Positions 13,350-25,911 of a DNA stretch of 64,000 bases are shown one piece after another; positions within the stretch are counted from its first letter, which is position 1; the number at the start of each line of letters is the position of its first letter. The position numbers and the translations under genes are program-made. The DNA is taken from the NCBI RefSeq assembly GCF_030144855.1, contig NW_026779273.1, positions 1 through 64,000 on the forward strand. The letters are read 5' to 3'. The notes beneath the pieces were generated by a model. The model did no database searches, was not told where the DNA came from, and saw only the letters and a list, made by a program, of their open reading frames with translations. The stretch is from Hypanus sabinus (lineage: Eukaryota).

Positions 13350-14789
13350 CGCTTCCTTTGCTGGCCATGGTGGATTTAAATGTGGAAGTAAACGTTGAAA
13401 ACGAACGGGGCGCCGATATTTGAAGCAGGCACATCAATAGTTATTGTTCCTGTCACCTGCTTGGAGTTGGACGAATAAAGGAGATCCCCTAATCCGGCGT
13501 TGTCAATTGGAAAAATTCTCTGTTATTATTGGTACAGACGGAGCAGAGTGCAGGTTGGAAGCTGTTGGCCAGGGTCTCTCACTCTTTATCTCTCTCTCCG
13601 TCTCTCTCTTTCTTTCTCTCTGCCCTCTTTATTGTTCTCTCTCTCCCTCCCCCCTCTCTAACTCTCTCTCTCTCTCCACCTCCCTGTCCATAGTTCCTGC
13701 TGATTCTCTCCCTGCACATAACTTTCTCATCGGTCTATCTCTTTAGTTATTTATTTATTTGTCTGGATATATATCTTTGTATTTCAGTGACGCAAATTGT
13801 CATTGGTGACACCGAAGTCCACGCCCCCTGCTTCTTTTAACCAATCTGAATCGAGGCATGGGACAGTAATACTCTGTCGATTCGTCATTGTCCCTCATGA
13901 CTTTCGACTTCGCTTTCTCCCCGAAAGACAGGTAATGATGGCATTCTCTTCTTATCTTTTACTCTTTTGCTTTCTCTCCTTCCATTCTTCCGTCCCTGTG
14001 CATCTCTTCTGCCGGACTGTAGTTTTTCTTGACTTTCCCCCGGCTCGTAACCCGCTCATCTGTCTACCTCTTCGTTTATTTGTTTTGATATGCATCTCTG
14101 ATAAAAACGCCACGGCGATGAACAGCGCCGTTGGCCAAATGAGCCAACCTCAGATCAGAATGAACAATTACACCGGAATATCGGACAGCTGACTCGAATT
14201 TCATCAGCTCAGAGGATCCGGACTTCAACCACCTAACTGTACGGCGGATAAAAATACAAGTTTAATCCCGTCCGCCGGAGAGAAACTGTCATTTCCAGGA
14301 CTGAACACAAAAGGGAGAAGGACCGCCGTTCACAGGTGCTTGGTCATTGGTGGTCTGACCTTGCAGTTTGGGGACATGAGGTTTCGAATTTTCGACCCAC
14401 TACCAAGCTAAACAACGGCCATTGCCGCGCGAAGTGAGTCCACCAAGAACACCACCCCTTACCGTGGTTCTGTCCTCTTTTGACATACTTGGGATCAACC
14501 GCAGTTTAAGTCGGACGCAATGTGTCATACAAGCCAGCACCGATCCGAGAGGGACACAAGGCGCTTTGGGATCATACGTAGCAGTCTGCTAATATTCAAC
14601 AGAAACACTTTATTCACTTTACTTCATACTATATTGTCAACAAACAATTGATACTAGAGCGTACAATCATCACAGTGATATTTATTTCTGCGCTTCGTGT
14701 TCCCTGACGTACAAACCAAAATAAATATAATAAATTTTAAATTATAAATCAAAATTAGAAAATAGAAAAGAGAAAGTAAGGTAGTGCAA

Positions 14790-15035
14790 GTCAGGTCCGG
14801 ATAGGTTGAAGGTACGGCGCAGCTGGGGGTCAGGATCCGTTCAGCAGTCTTATCACAGTGAGAGTTTTAGGGGACAGGCTAAGTTTCAGCTTTCACAGGA
14901 AGTAAAGGCGCTAGTGGGCCTACTTCGCTGTGTACTCTGCTTGCTTAGACCAAGTCAGGTTGTTTCTGATATTTACCCCGAGGAATTTAAAGCTTTTGAC
15001 TTGTTCCACCTGCGCACCACCGATGTAGATGGGCC
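14790..15035 (-). mobile_element. Rex1/Babar-like LINE fragment
   Basis: VEQVKSFKFLGVNI..LTWS motif. Confidence 0.6.
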
Positions 15036-15615
15036 CTGGTGAGACCACACCTGGAATATTGTGTACAGTTTTGGTCTCCAAGTTTGAGGAAGGACATTCT
15101 GGCAATTGAGGAAGTGCAGCGTAGATTCACTAGGTTGATTCCTGGGATGGCAGGGCTGTCTTACGCAGAGAGATTGGAGAGATTGGGCTTGTACACACTG
15201 GAATTGAGGAGATTGAGAGGGGATCTGATTGAAACGTTTAAGATAATTAAAGGATTTGATAGGATTGAGGCAGGAAATATGTTCCAGATGTTGGGAGAGT
15301 CCAGTACCTGAGGGCATGTATTGATAATAAGAGGTCAGTTATTTAAAACAGAGTTGAGGAAGAACTTCTTCTCCCAGAGAGTTGTGGAGGTGTGGAATGC
15401 ACTGCCTCGGAAGACGGTGGAGGCCAATTCTCTGGATGCTTTCAAGAAGGAGCTAGATAGATATCTGATGGATAGGGGAATCAAGGGATATTGGGACAAG
15501 GCAGGGACTGGGTATTGATAGTGAATGATCAGCCATGACCTCAGAATGGCGATGCAGACTCGAGGGGCCGAATGGTCTACATCTGCCCCTATTGTCTATT
15601 GTCTGTTGTCTATTA
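15036..15615 (+). mobile_element. 5'-truncated CR1 LINE
   Basis: RPHLEYCVQFWSP..RRLRGDLIETFKI; (ATTGTCT)n-like tail. Confidence 0.9.
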
Positions 15616-16309
15616 ACACCGAGGTCAATCTTTAGAAAGCCACTATACCAAGCTCCAATGCAGCAGTTGTGTGCAAACCATCTTTTCAGAAATTCCTCAT
15701 TTCATTTTTTTTTTCAATTTTTCTTCCTGACTTTTCAAGGTATTAAATTATTAATTTTGGAACATTGAATTACTTTTGTTTTATGGTCACCGTTGAAACC
15801 TGATTGGCAGATGTTCTACAGCCTTCCAAAAAAAGGTTTCTTTTTATCACACAAAACATACAGAAATCAGTCAGTGGAAAATCACCAGAGATAAGCCGAA
15901 TTGAAAGAGGAAATTGAAAGGCTTTTGAACATGAACAGGGTATACATTGTTCAGAAAGTAATATCTACAACTGGTATAATCGGAAAGACGTTGGCATTAC
16001 ACAATTAGGCCTACGCAGCAATATCTAGGTAAGTCATTAGAAAGCCACAATACCAAGCACAAATCCAGCAGTACAGACGACCCCAACAATTGAGAAAAAA
16101 GCGCTGCAGTCACCAAAACTGGATGAACAATCAAGAGAACATAATTCATGGTCAGGTGGCTGATAACTGCATAATATTCTGCCTTTTCTAAAACAAATGA
16201 ATTGCGATCATCTTTCAGTCGGCGGTACAATCAGCTGATTCGACCCGCAGTAAGAAAATAATTCATCAAAAGAAAACTCCGAATGGACCATTTCAGTTTA
16301 AGAGCGGAG

Positions 16310-16675
16310 AGGGAATGTTGCAGCTATTGCGGAGCCTGGTCAAACGCCACTGGGAATACTCTGCACATTTCTGGTCGTCTCACTACAGAAATGATGTGGA
16401 ATCCATAGAAAGGATGCCGAAGAGATTTACAAGGATGTTGCCTGGATTGGGAAGCATGCCTTCTGAGAATAGGTTGAGTGAACTATGTTTTTTTCTCCTT
16501 GGAGCACGGATGATGAGAGGTGACCTGACAGAGGTATACAAGATAGTGAGAGGCATTGATCCAATGGAAAGTCTGAGGGATTTACCCAGGGCTGAAATGG
16601 GTAGCACGAGACGGCACACTTTTAAGGTGTCTTGAAGTAGGTACAGAGCAGATGTCAGGGGTAAGTTCTTTTTTA
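16310..16675 (+). mobile_element. CR1 LINE fragment
   Basis: LVKRHWEYSAHFWS..RGDLTEVYKI. Confidence 0.82.
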
Positions 16676-16929
16676 TGTATGTTTCTGCCTGTATCTATCT
16701 TCCTGTCGGTCTCCTGAGATGATATCTTCAATATAATTGAACGAACTGCACCTGGACCTTTGATGTCTCTTCTTCACTTAATCGCTACGTCAGAGATGAA
16801 GACAAGTACAGTCAGCGCACCTGAGCCATGAATCTGGTGGTTCAGAACACGTGGTCTTGTGCGATGCCGTGACTGGGTGGCTGAACGGCAGCTGCCAAGA
16901 CAGAAGTCAATGCTGCCGCTTTTGTCGTA

Positions 16930-16945
16930 GAGCGCCCTCTGTTGG
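16930..16945 (-). promoter_or_regulatory. Putative CTCF site
   Basis: CCAACAGAGGGCGCTC; weaker inverted homolog at 52099-52114. Confidence 0.68.
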
Positions 16946-18180
16946 CTTGGAGTTACGGTACTACAGGACCCTGTGTACTTTACTTCTATTTCCTCCCGTT
17001 TACTCAATGCATCCATGAAGCTTCACCATCTGTGTAGCTGTCCGAGTGTGGTAAACGTACCCTCCCCGACTACAAAAGTACTTCTTCCAGCAATACATTC
17101 CGTGTGTCTAACTTTATTGGAGGATAAACAGATGTCCCTCAGTATGAAATTCTGTAATTTGCGGTTAATACTTCCTACCCGCGGAAAATAATGCTGATGC
17201 TTCTCATCTATGATCGGGAGATTTTACAGGCTTCGATACAGTCAGTCCCAGTCAAAATAAATGTATTTTCATAGTACGTATATGGCAACAGAGATAACCT
17301 TGATTTTCATTTACTTGCAGGCATTTAGATGAAGAGGGTTAGGGTTAGGGTTGTTGGGGTTAGTAGTCTATTCTGTCACAGCCCCATCACATTCGGCTGG
17401 ATAATCCCGTAACGGTCGTGACTGCCTCCATTCCACAATTTGCTGTTTCAGGCTTATTCCTATTGCGGCCGCAGGGTGGCACTGTACACAAGAATTTGAC
17501 TTGGGTTTGCCAAGTCCCAGCCGCGGGGTCGCAGACTAAAGCGATTGCTTGCCCTGTTAATCCCATTCTCGAAATCTAAAGCGCTGCTGATGTGTTCGTT
17601 GCCACGTAGCCACTTCTGCTCCGCTGAGTTCGCTGCATTCTGGAGAATTCCGTGCTATACGCTTTCATTTTCCACTACAATAGTCATCCCTGCCGAATTG
17701 CTGGCATGATTATAGCTGGCATGAGGGGAGTTATGAAGTTATTTATTCGAAGTTGCCAGTTGGACCGAAGCGTCTGTTTCAGTAATGCACTAGTAAACGA
17801 CGCTACCATTTACACCTCTCCAACAATAAACATTTGGGCCGAGAGGTCAGCGTTTGTAATACAAATTCTACAACTCTGCTATTCTTAATTCATGAACAAC
17901 AGGGGAAAAAAGCACTCTGGGCCACCTTTTACGAAATTAATCTGTCTTTCTGATAAACGTAATCCGTACCTCCCTGCTTTTAGTCCCATCTGCGCCTCCG
18001 AAAACGGTACGATAACTCAATTTGTGACATTGAAGTTAGCTCGTCGTGTCCAGGACTGAAGGGAAATCTCCCGTTGTCCTGCTGAACTTGGAATTGGGTC
18101 CGGCTTCTCGACTGACTCCCGAATCACAAATGAATTGATCCACACACCATTCAAATTCAAAGCTCCCAGTCTCGCTACTC

Positions 18181-18210
18181 AGTGACGTATGTTTGAGGGG
18201 CGGAGCTTCG
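18181..18210 (+). promoter_or_regulatory. CRE-like decamer plus GC box in the V-E promoter
   Basis: AGTGACGTAT followed by GGGGCGGAGC ~100 bp upstream of the ATG; mirrored at 50865-50893 for V-M. Confidence 0.65.
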
Positions 18211-18291
18211 ACCGTTCACCCTGACAAGTCATTCAAAAGATTGCTCATTCCGAACGCCCTTCCGCTTGGAGGAAACTGTCTAAGTTGAAAG

Positions 18292-18959
18292 ATGTTCGTG
18301 TTATTGGAGCTGCTCATCTGTCTTCACGGTAAAGGACAGCTTGAATTTGCGAGTAGTTTAAGGAAGCAGTTCTATATTTTCCTCTCTGTGCTCCAACACC
18401 TCTTGCACTATATTTGCCCATCGTTTTCTATCGTGGTTTTTGATCACTTTTTGTATCGTTGAGCTGTTTTGCTATTTATCATAGTCCATCCAATTATATT
18501 TATTTTATGCTATTCTGTCTCAATCTCTATATCCTCCCCATCTATTTTTCTTTCCCCATATGCCTCTGCATCCCGCATTTATCTTTCTCCCTCTTTGATC
18601 CCTATCTCCATGATCCGAGTGCACCTGCCTACTGACGTCATTCTCCGCTCCTCTCTTCCCCAGCTGCGAACTCGCAAACTATCCGGCAGTCTCCACCGGC
18701 TTTTTCCGGATCTCCGGGGAACCCGATGGCGCTGTCCTGCAACGTGGAGGGCAGCGGCGATTATTACGTGTACTGGTACCGCCAGTACCCGGGGCAGGGG
18801 CCGCAGTTCATGTTCTACAGCAAAGGTGCTAACATTAAAAATCCAGACGGGGAGGTCGATGGATTTACCCTGCAGGCGCTTAAAAAGAACGAGAACAAAC
18901 TGGTGACCAACAGCCTGCGGGTGAATCACTCGGCCGTGTATTTCTGCGCCTGGAGTCTA
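18292..18959 (+). CDS. TRBV: TCR beta-like V segment V-E, intact; opposite orientation to its neighbours
   Basis: Leader 18292-18328 (MFVLLELLICLH, GT donor). V exon 18664-18959: ALSCNV..YWYRQ..MFYS..SAVYFCAWSL. Confidence 0.94.
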
Positions 18960-18998
18960 CACAGTGACGTGCCGAGAGGGAAGAGCTCGACAAAAACC
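18960..18998 (+). other. 23-RSS of V-E (perfect consensus)
   Basis: CACAGTG + 23 bp + ACAAAAACC. Confidence 0.96.
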
Positions 18999-19037
18999 CC
19001 AGACTGCCTGTAAAAGGCGTGACAGAGCAAGCACACT

Positions 19038-19053
19038 TGGCCCTCTGGTGGCG
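19038..19053 (-). promoter_or_regulatory. Putative CTCF site beside the V-E RSS
   Basis: CGCCACCAGAGGGCCA, 39 bp beyond the nonamer. Confidence 0.72.
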
Positions 19054-20952
19054 TCTTGTGTATCTTTTGTTTTGACAGAGGAAACGCGATGCAGACTGGA
19101 AGCAGAAGGGTTTTGTAACAACGGTGAGAGAGCAGGTGGCCAATCTTCTGGCAAGATGCCAGCTCTTACACAAGCACTGTGACGTCCTGCAGACCCATCA
19201 CTCTCCCACAAGCCCCGGACTGACAACGATTTACGTGAATATGAGGCGGAAAAGAAACAGAGGGTTTTCATTGCACAGACGCACATTTGATTCTTCCCTG
19301 TGACTACGTTTCCGTTACCGGCTGTTTTCCAGACGAGAGGCTCTTCCTGCTTTTAGAATATCCTGTCATTAATGGAACATTTATTGGTAAACCTTCTTTA
19401 TTTGCTTGCGATCGCATTTACAATTTAAATTACCCCTGTGAATTTCACCGTCCATAGTTTCATGTTAGCATTATTTCATCTCACAGGCACGTTACTCCGC
19501 CCTGCTGCCATCGTCCCTGAGAAAGGAGAAACGGTCCCCCTTTCCTTGTCGAGGGCACTGAGTGAAAGGTGCAAGAAGTCGTGATGAAATGAAGGTGGAT
19601 TAGACCAGCGCCGGAATATTGCACACAGCTTGGACAGGAATCGTGTTGCGACAATAGGAAGAGGGAGGAGATATTCATAGGAGTATTTCCTGGATAGGAC
19701 GACTACAGATGCATTGAAGATGGATCGGCCGGGTTTATTTTCACTGGAGCGGCTAACGACATACGGGTGCATAAAATTATAAAGGTCGAACGTAATTTGT
19801 TTGTCATGGATGAGGTTCCATAACTGCAAGGGCCATGTTTGAGCTCAAGAGGGGCACAACTGATGGATAGGGACCGGCAATGGATGTTAAAGACAAGTTT
19901 CTGCATGGACTGAGGAGGACAGCGGTAAGAGGGGCAGAGGAGAGAGAGGACAAAGGCAACAGGAAAATAAAATCAAGATGACCGAATGGAGAGATTGCGA
20001 ATGAAGAGAGGAGTAGGGGGTGTGTAAGAAGAGGCTCGAGAGAGGCTGGGCGTTGGAAATCAGGTACATCAGGTAATGGGTCGTTCTTTGAAACTCTGAT
20101 GGTTTCGTTACTGAGCTGAACACTCGTCATCTCAGAAAACCTCGTGTAAACATGGCCCGGATCTGCTGTCAGGAAAGGATTAACGTCCTCACCAAACAAG
20201 ACAGCCTCATCAAAACAGGTGCTGAATCGACATGGAGATTTTCAGCTCCAGTGCTTCACGTTACAACTGCGCGCCCTGCAGCCTCCGCCGGAAATGCAAC
20301 CGCAAAGTTAACCGTTTGGCCAGAGCGAACGATTCTTACCTCCAGCTAACCCATTGAACTTGAGTGATATTGGAAAGTCCGGAGAAAAGCCGACAAGGTC
20401 ACAGTGGGAACGTGGGGTTTTCGGGGCGGAAACTCCCTCAGCTGCGCCAGTCTGTCCAGTGGTAGATTTAACGACATTCGTTGAAAAATACCGAAGACGA
20501 ATTGAATCTGAAATAACTGAAAGTGGGGTCTTGATGAAGGGTGACGGACTCACTGATTGATGAAAACCGTATGTCTGCGTGTCCGAGTCCGGAGGCGTCC
20601 AGGCGGCTTTCCTTGGATGTCTGAGCAAATGTTATAGGGTAGAGGTTGGGGGGGGGGGAGGTCGGGCTTTACTTGGCTGTGATCTGTTCTGGTTTCTTTT
20701 CTCACTTTTTTGTCCTGTTCTTTTTCGATAGTCTATTGAACATTCTGGGCCGAAATGTGTGGCGACATTTGCGAGCCGACCCCAGCCCGTCCCAGGGTGT
20801 AACGTTTGTTAAAATTCTCAGCGGATTTCACCGCAGAGCCAACCGGCATGAAGAAGCTGACAATGTTTCCCCATCACAGTGCGGTTAAATTTCTGTTATC
20901 AAGAATTGGGCTCAAGTGTTACACTCAGCTCTCCGCTCCATCGGCTGCCTGG

Positions 20953-20991
20953 GGTTTTTGCTCGAGGCCTCTATCTCTGTCAGTCGCCGTG
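20953..20991 (-). other. 23-RSS of V-F
   Basis: CACGGCG + 23 bp + GCAAAAACC. Confidence 0.9.
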
Positions 20992-22122
20992 CAGACTCCA
21001 GGCGCAGAAATACGTGGCCGAGTGGTTCAGCTGCAGGCGGCCTGCGCTCAGAGTGAACTCGTTATTGTTCGGTCGGCTGGCGGTAAACCCGTCCACCTCC
21101 GTGTCCGGCGCTACGCTCGGAGCAACCATCGAGTAAAACAGGTTCTGCGGCTCCTTTCCCGGGTACTGTCTGTACCAAAACAATCGGTAGGTAGGTGCTG
21201 CTGCCGTCGACGGTGCAGTGAAGCGTCCGGTTCCCGCCGGGAGACTCGGACACAGCGTCGGGAGTCTGGCGGATAACCGTCGAGGTCACGGCTGGTGATT
21301 TAAAGAACAAACGAGGTGAAAAAAAATACAAACAAACAAACAATTAATTAATACATTCAGCAAAGGCAACGGTTCCGGGCGCTCGGGAGAGAAACAGACA
21401 GTTATAGATGAAAAAAAAAACAGAACGTGATAGAGAAATAACCTGACCGCGCCAGGGAGAGATGAGATAGAGATATAGAGAAATCGATAAGGTGATATTT
21501 ATGGATAATGATAGAGAAATAGAGAGGATGAGCGAAGGATGTGGCGGTGCGGAGTGAAAGGAAGACGGGCTGGGGAAGGAGCGAGGAGGGGTAACTATTG
21601 AAAGGTTGAGAGATTAATAATCAAATGAGAAGCGGTAGAGTAGAGAGAGAGAGAGAATCGTAAGAGGGAGGTGCGAGAAAAATAGCGGGACACGGGCTCC
21701 GCTGAAGCTGAGCAGGTAGGAACAGAGTGGGCGAGGTTGAGAGCGAAGGATGGACAGGAGCGATGTGGAGCGAGCGGGAGGCAGGGAAGAAAGGAGCGCG
21801 AGAATGCAGAGAGTCAGCGGGAGCGACTGCGCGAGGCAACGCGAGAATGAGAGTGGAGAAGTTCGGAAAGAGGCCAAGCGTGGAAATAATGGCAGAGCAA
21901 AGCCGGAAAATGAGGAGACAGAAGAACAGGGGTCCATAATGATGATGCTCACAGGAAAAGGAGGTGAGCGTGAGGTAGAGATAATGCTCAAAAGTGGATA
22001 AGACAGAATGAGAAAGGAAGAATGAAAACGTAGAAGCAGGGAACATCAGATTAGATTATTAGGCGGCGGTGCGAATATTCCTTACTGTAGAAGCAGGACA
22101 GACACGCCAGTACCAAGAGCAT
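20992..22122 (-). pseudogene. TRBV: TCR beta-like V segment V-F, frameshifted
   Basis: Leader 22122-22086 (MLLVLACLSCFY). V exon 21291-20992 has a 4-bp tandem duplication (acct-acct, ~21186-21196) before W41; removing it restores DGSSTYRLFWYRQ...ATYFCAWSL. Confidence 0.9.
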
Positions 22123-23090
22123 CCTGCAGAAAGTTTTACTTCTGGAAGAGTAGGACCTGTTCGGAGTGTGAGAACAGAGACAATGACTGGGTAATGTTCC
22201 TGTTTGAATTGCAACGCCCCGCCCCCGCTACAGTCGTTGGCATTCAAATCCCTCCGTCACTGAATGATGTTGCGTTCAGAGCAGAAAACGGAACTGCGCG
22301 AGATTACAGTGTCAATATGTGTGCATTGTAACCGCCAAAGCAGGTGTGTGGTACAGAACATGAAATGAGAAGCTATTGGTGTCGTTGAGCGACCTGTGTG
22401 TCCATTTCTCGGGCCCAGTTTCCACCAGTTTGTCTGCTCCTCTTTGCGTAGGCACTCAGTTCTATTCCAGGATTAATAAAAAAAAAAAATTCGCAAGCAG
22501 GACCATCAGACCCGATGAAAACTTGCCGCCCAATTACACATATGAGACCTATTAAGCTCCTGTCCCGTGCGTCCTTGCAGGATGGAAACGGGGCAACTAA
22601 GGGAACTCACGCCGTCATTGCGAGGAACGTACGAACTTCTTGTCGCAGCGGATGAACGGAACCCAGGCTGCTGGGGTTGTAAAGCGACGAAAGGACTAGT
22701 ACATTACTGTGACGCTGTATAGTTGTGTGTATAATCTATGTATGTTTGTCTGAGTATGTATCGATCTCTCTTTTAATCTATCTTGTTATGTATATCTCCA
22801 TAAAACAATCTATCTCGTTAACCATCCGAGAATCGCGTTGCAGCTTTGCACGCCGCTGCACAAACCTGATTCAGTACGTCATAAAACATCGTTTCCCTCA
22901 AGCAGACCGGTCCTCCGTTCGATATCACCGCTCTCCGTGTGACACAACGAGGCAGAGTAGATTTTTTTTCAGTGATAGCTGAGCTGTGAGGTTGCTTGTT
23001 ATGAAAATGTGCACTTCTGTGTCGCAAGGTCCCGTTCTCCGACTGAACGCTACCACACTCAGAAGTCAAAGCCGTTCTGCTTAGTCTTAG

Positions 23091-23105
23091 AACGCCCCCT
23101 GCTGT
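23091..23105 (-). promoter_or_regulatory. Putative CTCF site
   Basis: ACAGCAGGGGGCGTT on the minus strand. Confidence 0.55.
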
Positions 23106-23139
23106 CACCCAGAAGGGAAACGTGCACGACAGTACCCAT

Positions 23140-23570
23140 CCTTCCGAAAGTCAATGAAATTTTGTAACTGTGACAGCATCGACAGCTTCAATATAAAGAG
23201 ACCACAGTGCAACTGGGAGTTGGACTTCCTGTCGAACTCCCCAGACACTCAGGATGCACAACTGCCCCTCCCTCCCCATCGTCCTCAGCTCGGGAATCTC
23301 CCACGGCGGTTGCGGTGCCCATTGCTGTACATTCTGCCCACACTTGAGCGCACGGCCGAACACCCGGACAATCAGGTGGACAAGTTCACCGATATCACCG
23401 AGGGACTGCACGAGGCGTGGTGGAGGATGTGGTGGACATCGAAACATGGCGCCAGAGAAATAACAACGTCAACAGGAAAACGGAGATATGTTATCGAATT
23501 TAGAAGAACTAGCAGCATTCGCACACCCCTTAACACCAATGGCACAACAGTCCAAACAGTGAGCAATAAA
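23140..23570 (+). mobile_element. Rex1/Babar-like RT fragment
   Basis: Degenerate PQG..PLLY and KF.D.T RT motifs; LNTNGTTVQTV. Confidence 0.55.
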
Positions 23571-23574
23571 TAAA

Positions 23575-24274
23575 ATTGCAGACTATTTTCTAAATGGAGA
23601 GGATATGCCAAAAACTGAGGCGCAAAGGGCATTGTTGAGAGTTCATTAAAGTTTCATTTGGGTGCATTCTCTGCTGAGGGAGGCACATACGATGATAGCA
23701 TTTATTTCAAGAGTACAAGAACGTAAATGGCAGGATATAATGTTTCGGCTTCGTGAAGCGCTGGTGAGACCTCATGTGGAGTATCGTGTGTAGTTGTCGG
23801 TACCTTGTTTTGCAAAAAAAGGCCCGCAGGAACTGGAGAGGTTTCAAAGGAGTTTCAGGAAAATGATCCCAGAAATAAAAGGTTTGTCATTTAAAGAGGT
23901 TTTGATGACTTTGTGCCTGAATTCACAGAAAATCAAATGAATGAGTAATAATCCGATTGAAAACAACCCAATGGCAAAACGCCTTGAGAGAGTGAACGTG
24001 GAGAGGATGTTTCCAAAGGTGCGACAATCTCAGACCAAGAGACACAGCGTCAAAGTAGAAGGGCACCCTTTTTGATTGGAGGTGAGAAGGAATTTCTTCA
24101 GAGAGAGAGTGGCGAATCTTTTGATTTATTTCAGGCAGCTGTTGATAGATTCTTGCTTTGGTCGTGACTGGATCAGAGGAGAAAGCGGGAGATTGGGGCT
24201 GAAAAGGAAAATTCGGATCAACCTTGATGAAATGGCGGAATAGGCTCGCTGGACCAAATAGGTGAATTCTGCTC
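23575..24274 (+). mobile_element. Decayed CR1 LINE 3' portion
   Basis: gcgctggtgagacctcatgtggagtat (LVRPHVEY) and downstream 3' similarity; runs into a gap. Confidence 0.7.
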
Positions 24275-24725
24275 NNNNNNNNNNNNNNNNNNNNNNNNNN
24301 NNNNNNNNNNNNNNNNNNNNNNNNNNNNNNNNNNNNNNNNNNNNNNNNNNNNNNNNNNNNNNNNNNNNNNNNNNNNNNNNNNNNNNNNNNNNNNNNNNNN
24401 NNNNNNNNNNNNNNACTATTTTAATAATCTAACAATCAATGAATAGGCAGGAATTGTTCAATCTCTGAAATTTAGTCCATCTGCCCCTACAGTTATGGGA
24501 CCAACTGTTGACACCAACTGTAGAAAGTTGACACCACCGACGGCGGAGTGCCTTAAACTGGATTTTGCTTTGTCCTGCGAGCGTTTCATGCAAATTAACT
24601 TTAGAATGACGTGCATGTGAGGGGAGACCGATAGAAAACTTGTATTTGTAGACGAGTTCGACGGACGCAGAGGAAGCGTATGGCAAGGGGCTTCGATGGG
24701 CTGACTGTTCTCCGAATCACTGGCA

Positions 24726-24764
24726 GGTTTTAGTCTGAGGCGGTCGGGGACGTGCGCCGCCGTG
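24726..24764 (-). other. 23-RSS of V-G
   Basis: CACGGCG + 23 bp + ACTAAAACC. Confidence 0.88.
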
Positions 24765-25272
24765 CGGGACTTGCTGCGCAGAAGTAGGTCGCCGAGTCCG
24801 TCTCCTTGCAGCTGCTGAGCTGCAGAGTGAAGCCGTTCTGTGCAGCTTCGAGCAAAGTGGCGAACCGAGGTTTAAAGGGTGCGTCGCATGAGCCGAGCTC
24901 GTTGCAGACCCACTCCATACTCGTACCGACTTGCCGGTACCAGAACATGGTGTAGCTGCCCATGCCGCCTCTCTCCAAACTGCACTGAAAACTGAACTGT
25001 TCTCCCGGCCGAATAGAAGCCGCAGTAGGGATCTGGACCACTGTTGGTGCAGCCGACAGACCTGGAGTGACATGCAAGAGAACGGAATTCATGGTCAAGT
25101 CGATGACACGGCAAAATATTCCGCGATTTAACATATGATCTGGGACCTTCCTTGAATCAGCCGGTTCGACCCGGTGTGAGAGAATAATATATCAAACAAA
25201 AAACTCACAATTGTGCAAGAGTGTCAGGAATAAAGCCAGACAGACAAGAGGTACGTCTGGAGGTAAACACAT
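24765..25272 (-). CDS. TRBV: TCR beta-like V segment V-G, intact, cysteine-rich family
   Basis: Leader 25272-25209 (MCLPPDVPLVCLALFLTLLHN, GT donor). V exon 25061-24765 in frame: FQCSL..FWYRQ..WVCNELGSCD..LSSCKETDSATYFCAASP. Confidence 0.9.
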
Positions 25273-25895
25273 CGCGATCCTGCAGCGCTGTTCGATAGCA
25301 AATACCCTGTTCGCTTCCTCCACTGAGCTCTCTCGTCGAACGTGTTCCCGGATATGACGTCGCGACTTTCCGTACCCCAATTGCCAAACGATCTCCTGCT
25401 TACAACATCATTGTCTGATCGTCTACTCCGGAAGGAAATGTCAATTGCCCGGAGTCATGTTCCAGGCGGAGAAGATGCAGCCCCTCGGCCCCGTTCCTCT
25501 CCGCAGTCCAGATCTCCGACCGAAGCCCGTCGTGTCAGCCTGAATTTGGCGCGTTTTTCGCAAAACCTTCCCTTTCCATGTACCTGCCCAGATGTCATTC
25601 CGACGCTGGGAATTTTGTGTGCACCTCCCACCGACTGTATTACTCTTTGTAATAACCCATCATTTTAAAGCCCCTGGAACACCATTCACCTTCAACCCAG
25701 ATCTACGACTTATAGATTTATGGACATGGGTTTTGCATGTTACCTTTACGTGGAACCGATTAAGTTGTTCTTTCTTCTTTAGTGTGTAATATTATATCCG
25801 GACCGATATGAAAATGAACCACGGTATAATGGTGAATGAAGGAATCAACCAATCAATCAATCACTTCCGCACGCATATTTCCGTTAAGAATTTGT

Positions 25896-25911
25896 GCGAC
25901 AGAGGGCGCTG
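25896..25911 (+). promoter_or_regulatory. Putative CTCF site
   Basis: GCGACAGAGGGCGCTG between the divergent promoters of V-G and V-H. Confidence 0.6.

Larger units (their letters stand above)
16680..19475. repeat. Left copy of a ~2.8-kb inverted segmental duplication (partner ~49600-52370)
   Basis: Continuous reverse-complement similarity by eye across upstream flank, promoter, leader, V exon, RSS and downstream flank; boundaries approximate. Confidence 0.9.

Noticed and set aside
17335-17370. (TTAGGG)-like repeats, mirrored at ~51705-51732, as a telomere-healing scar at the duplication junction
   Set aside because: Only 2-3 units, and homology continues ~650 bp beyond them, so they are internal to the duplicated block.
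20876-20915. Isolated CACAGTG heptamers (also ~4714, 7641, 14670, 40093, 42132) as D or J RSSs
   Set aside because: No nonamer at 12- or 23-bp spacing, and no FGxG J motif nearby.
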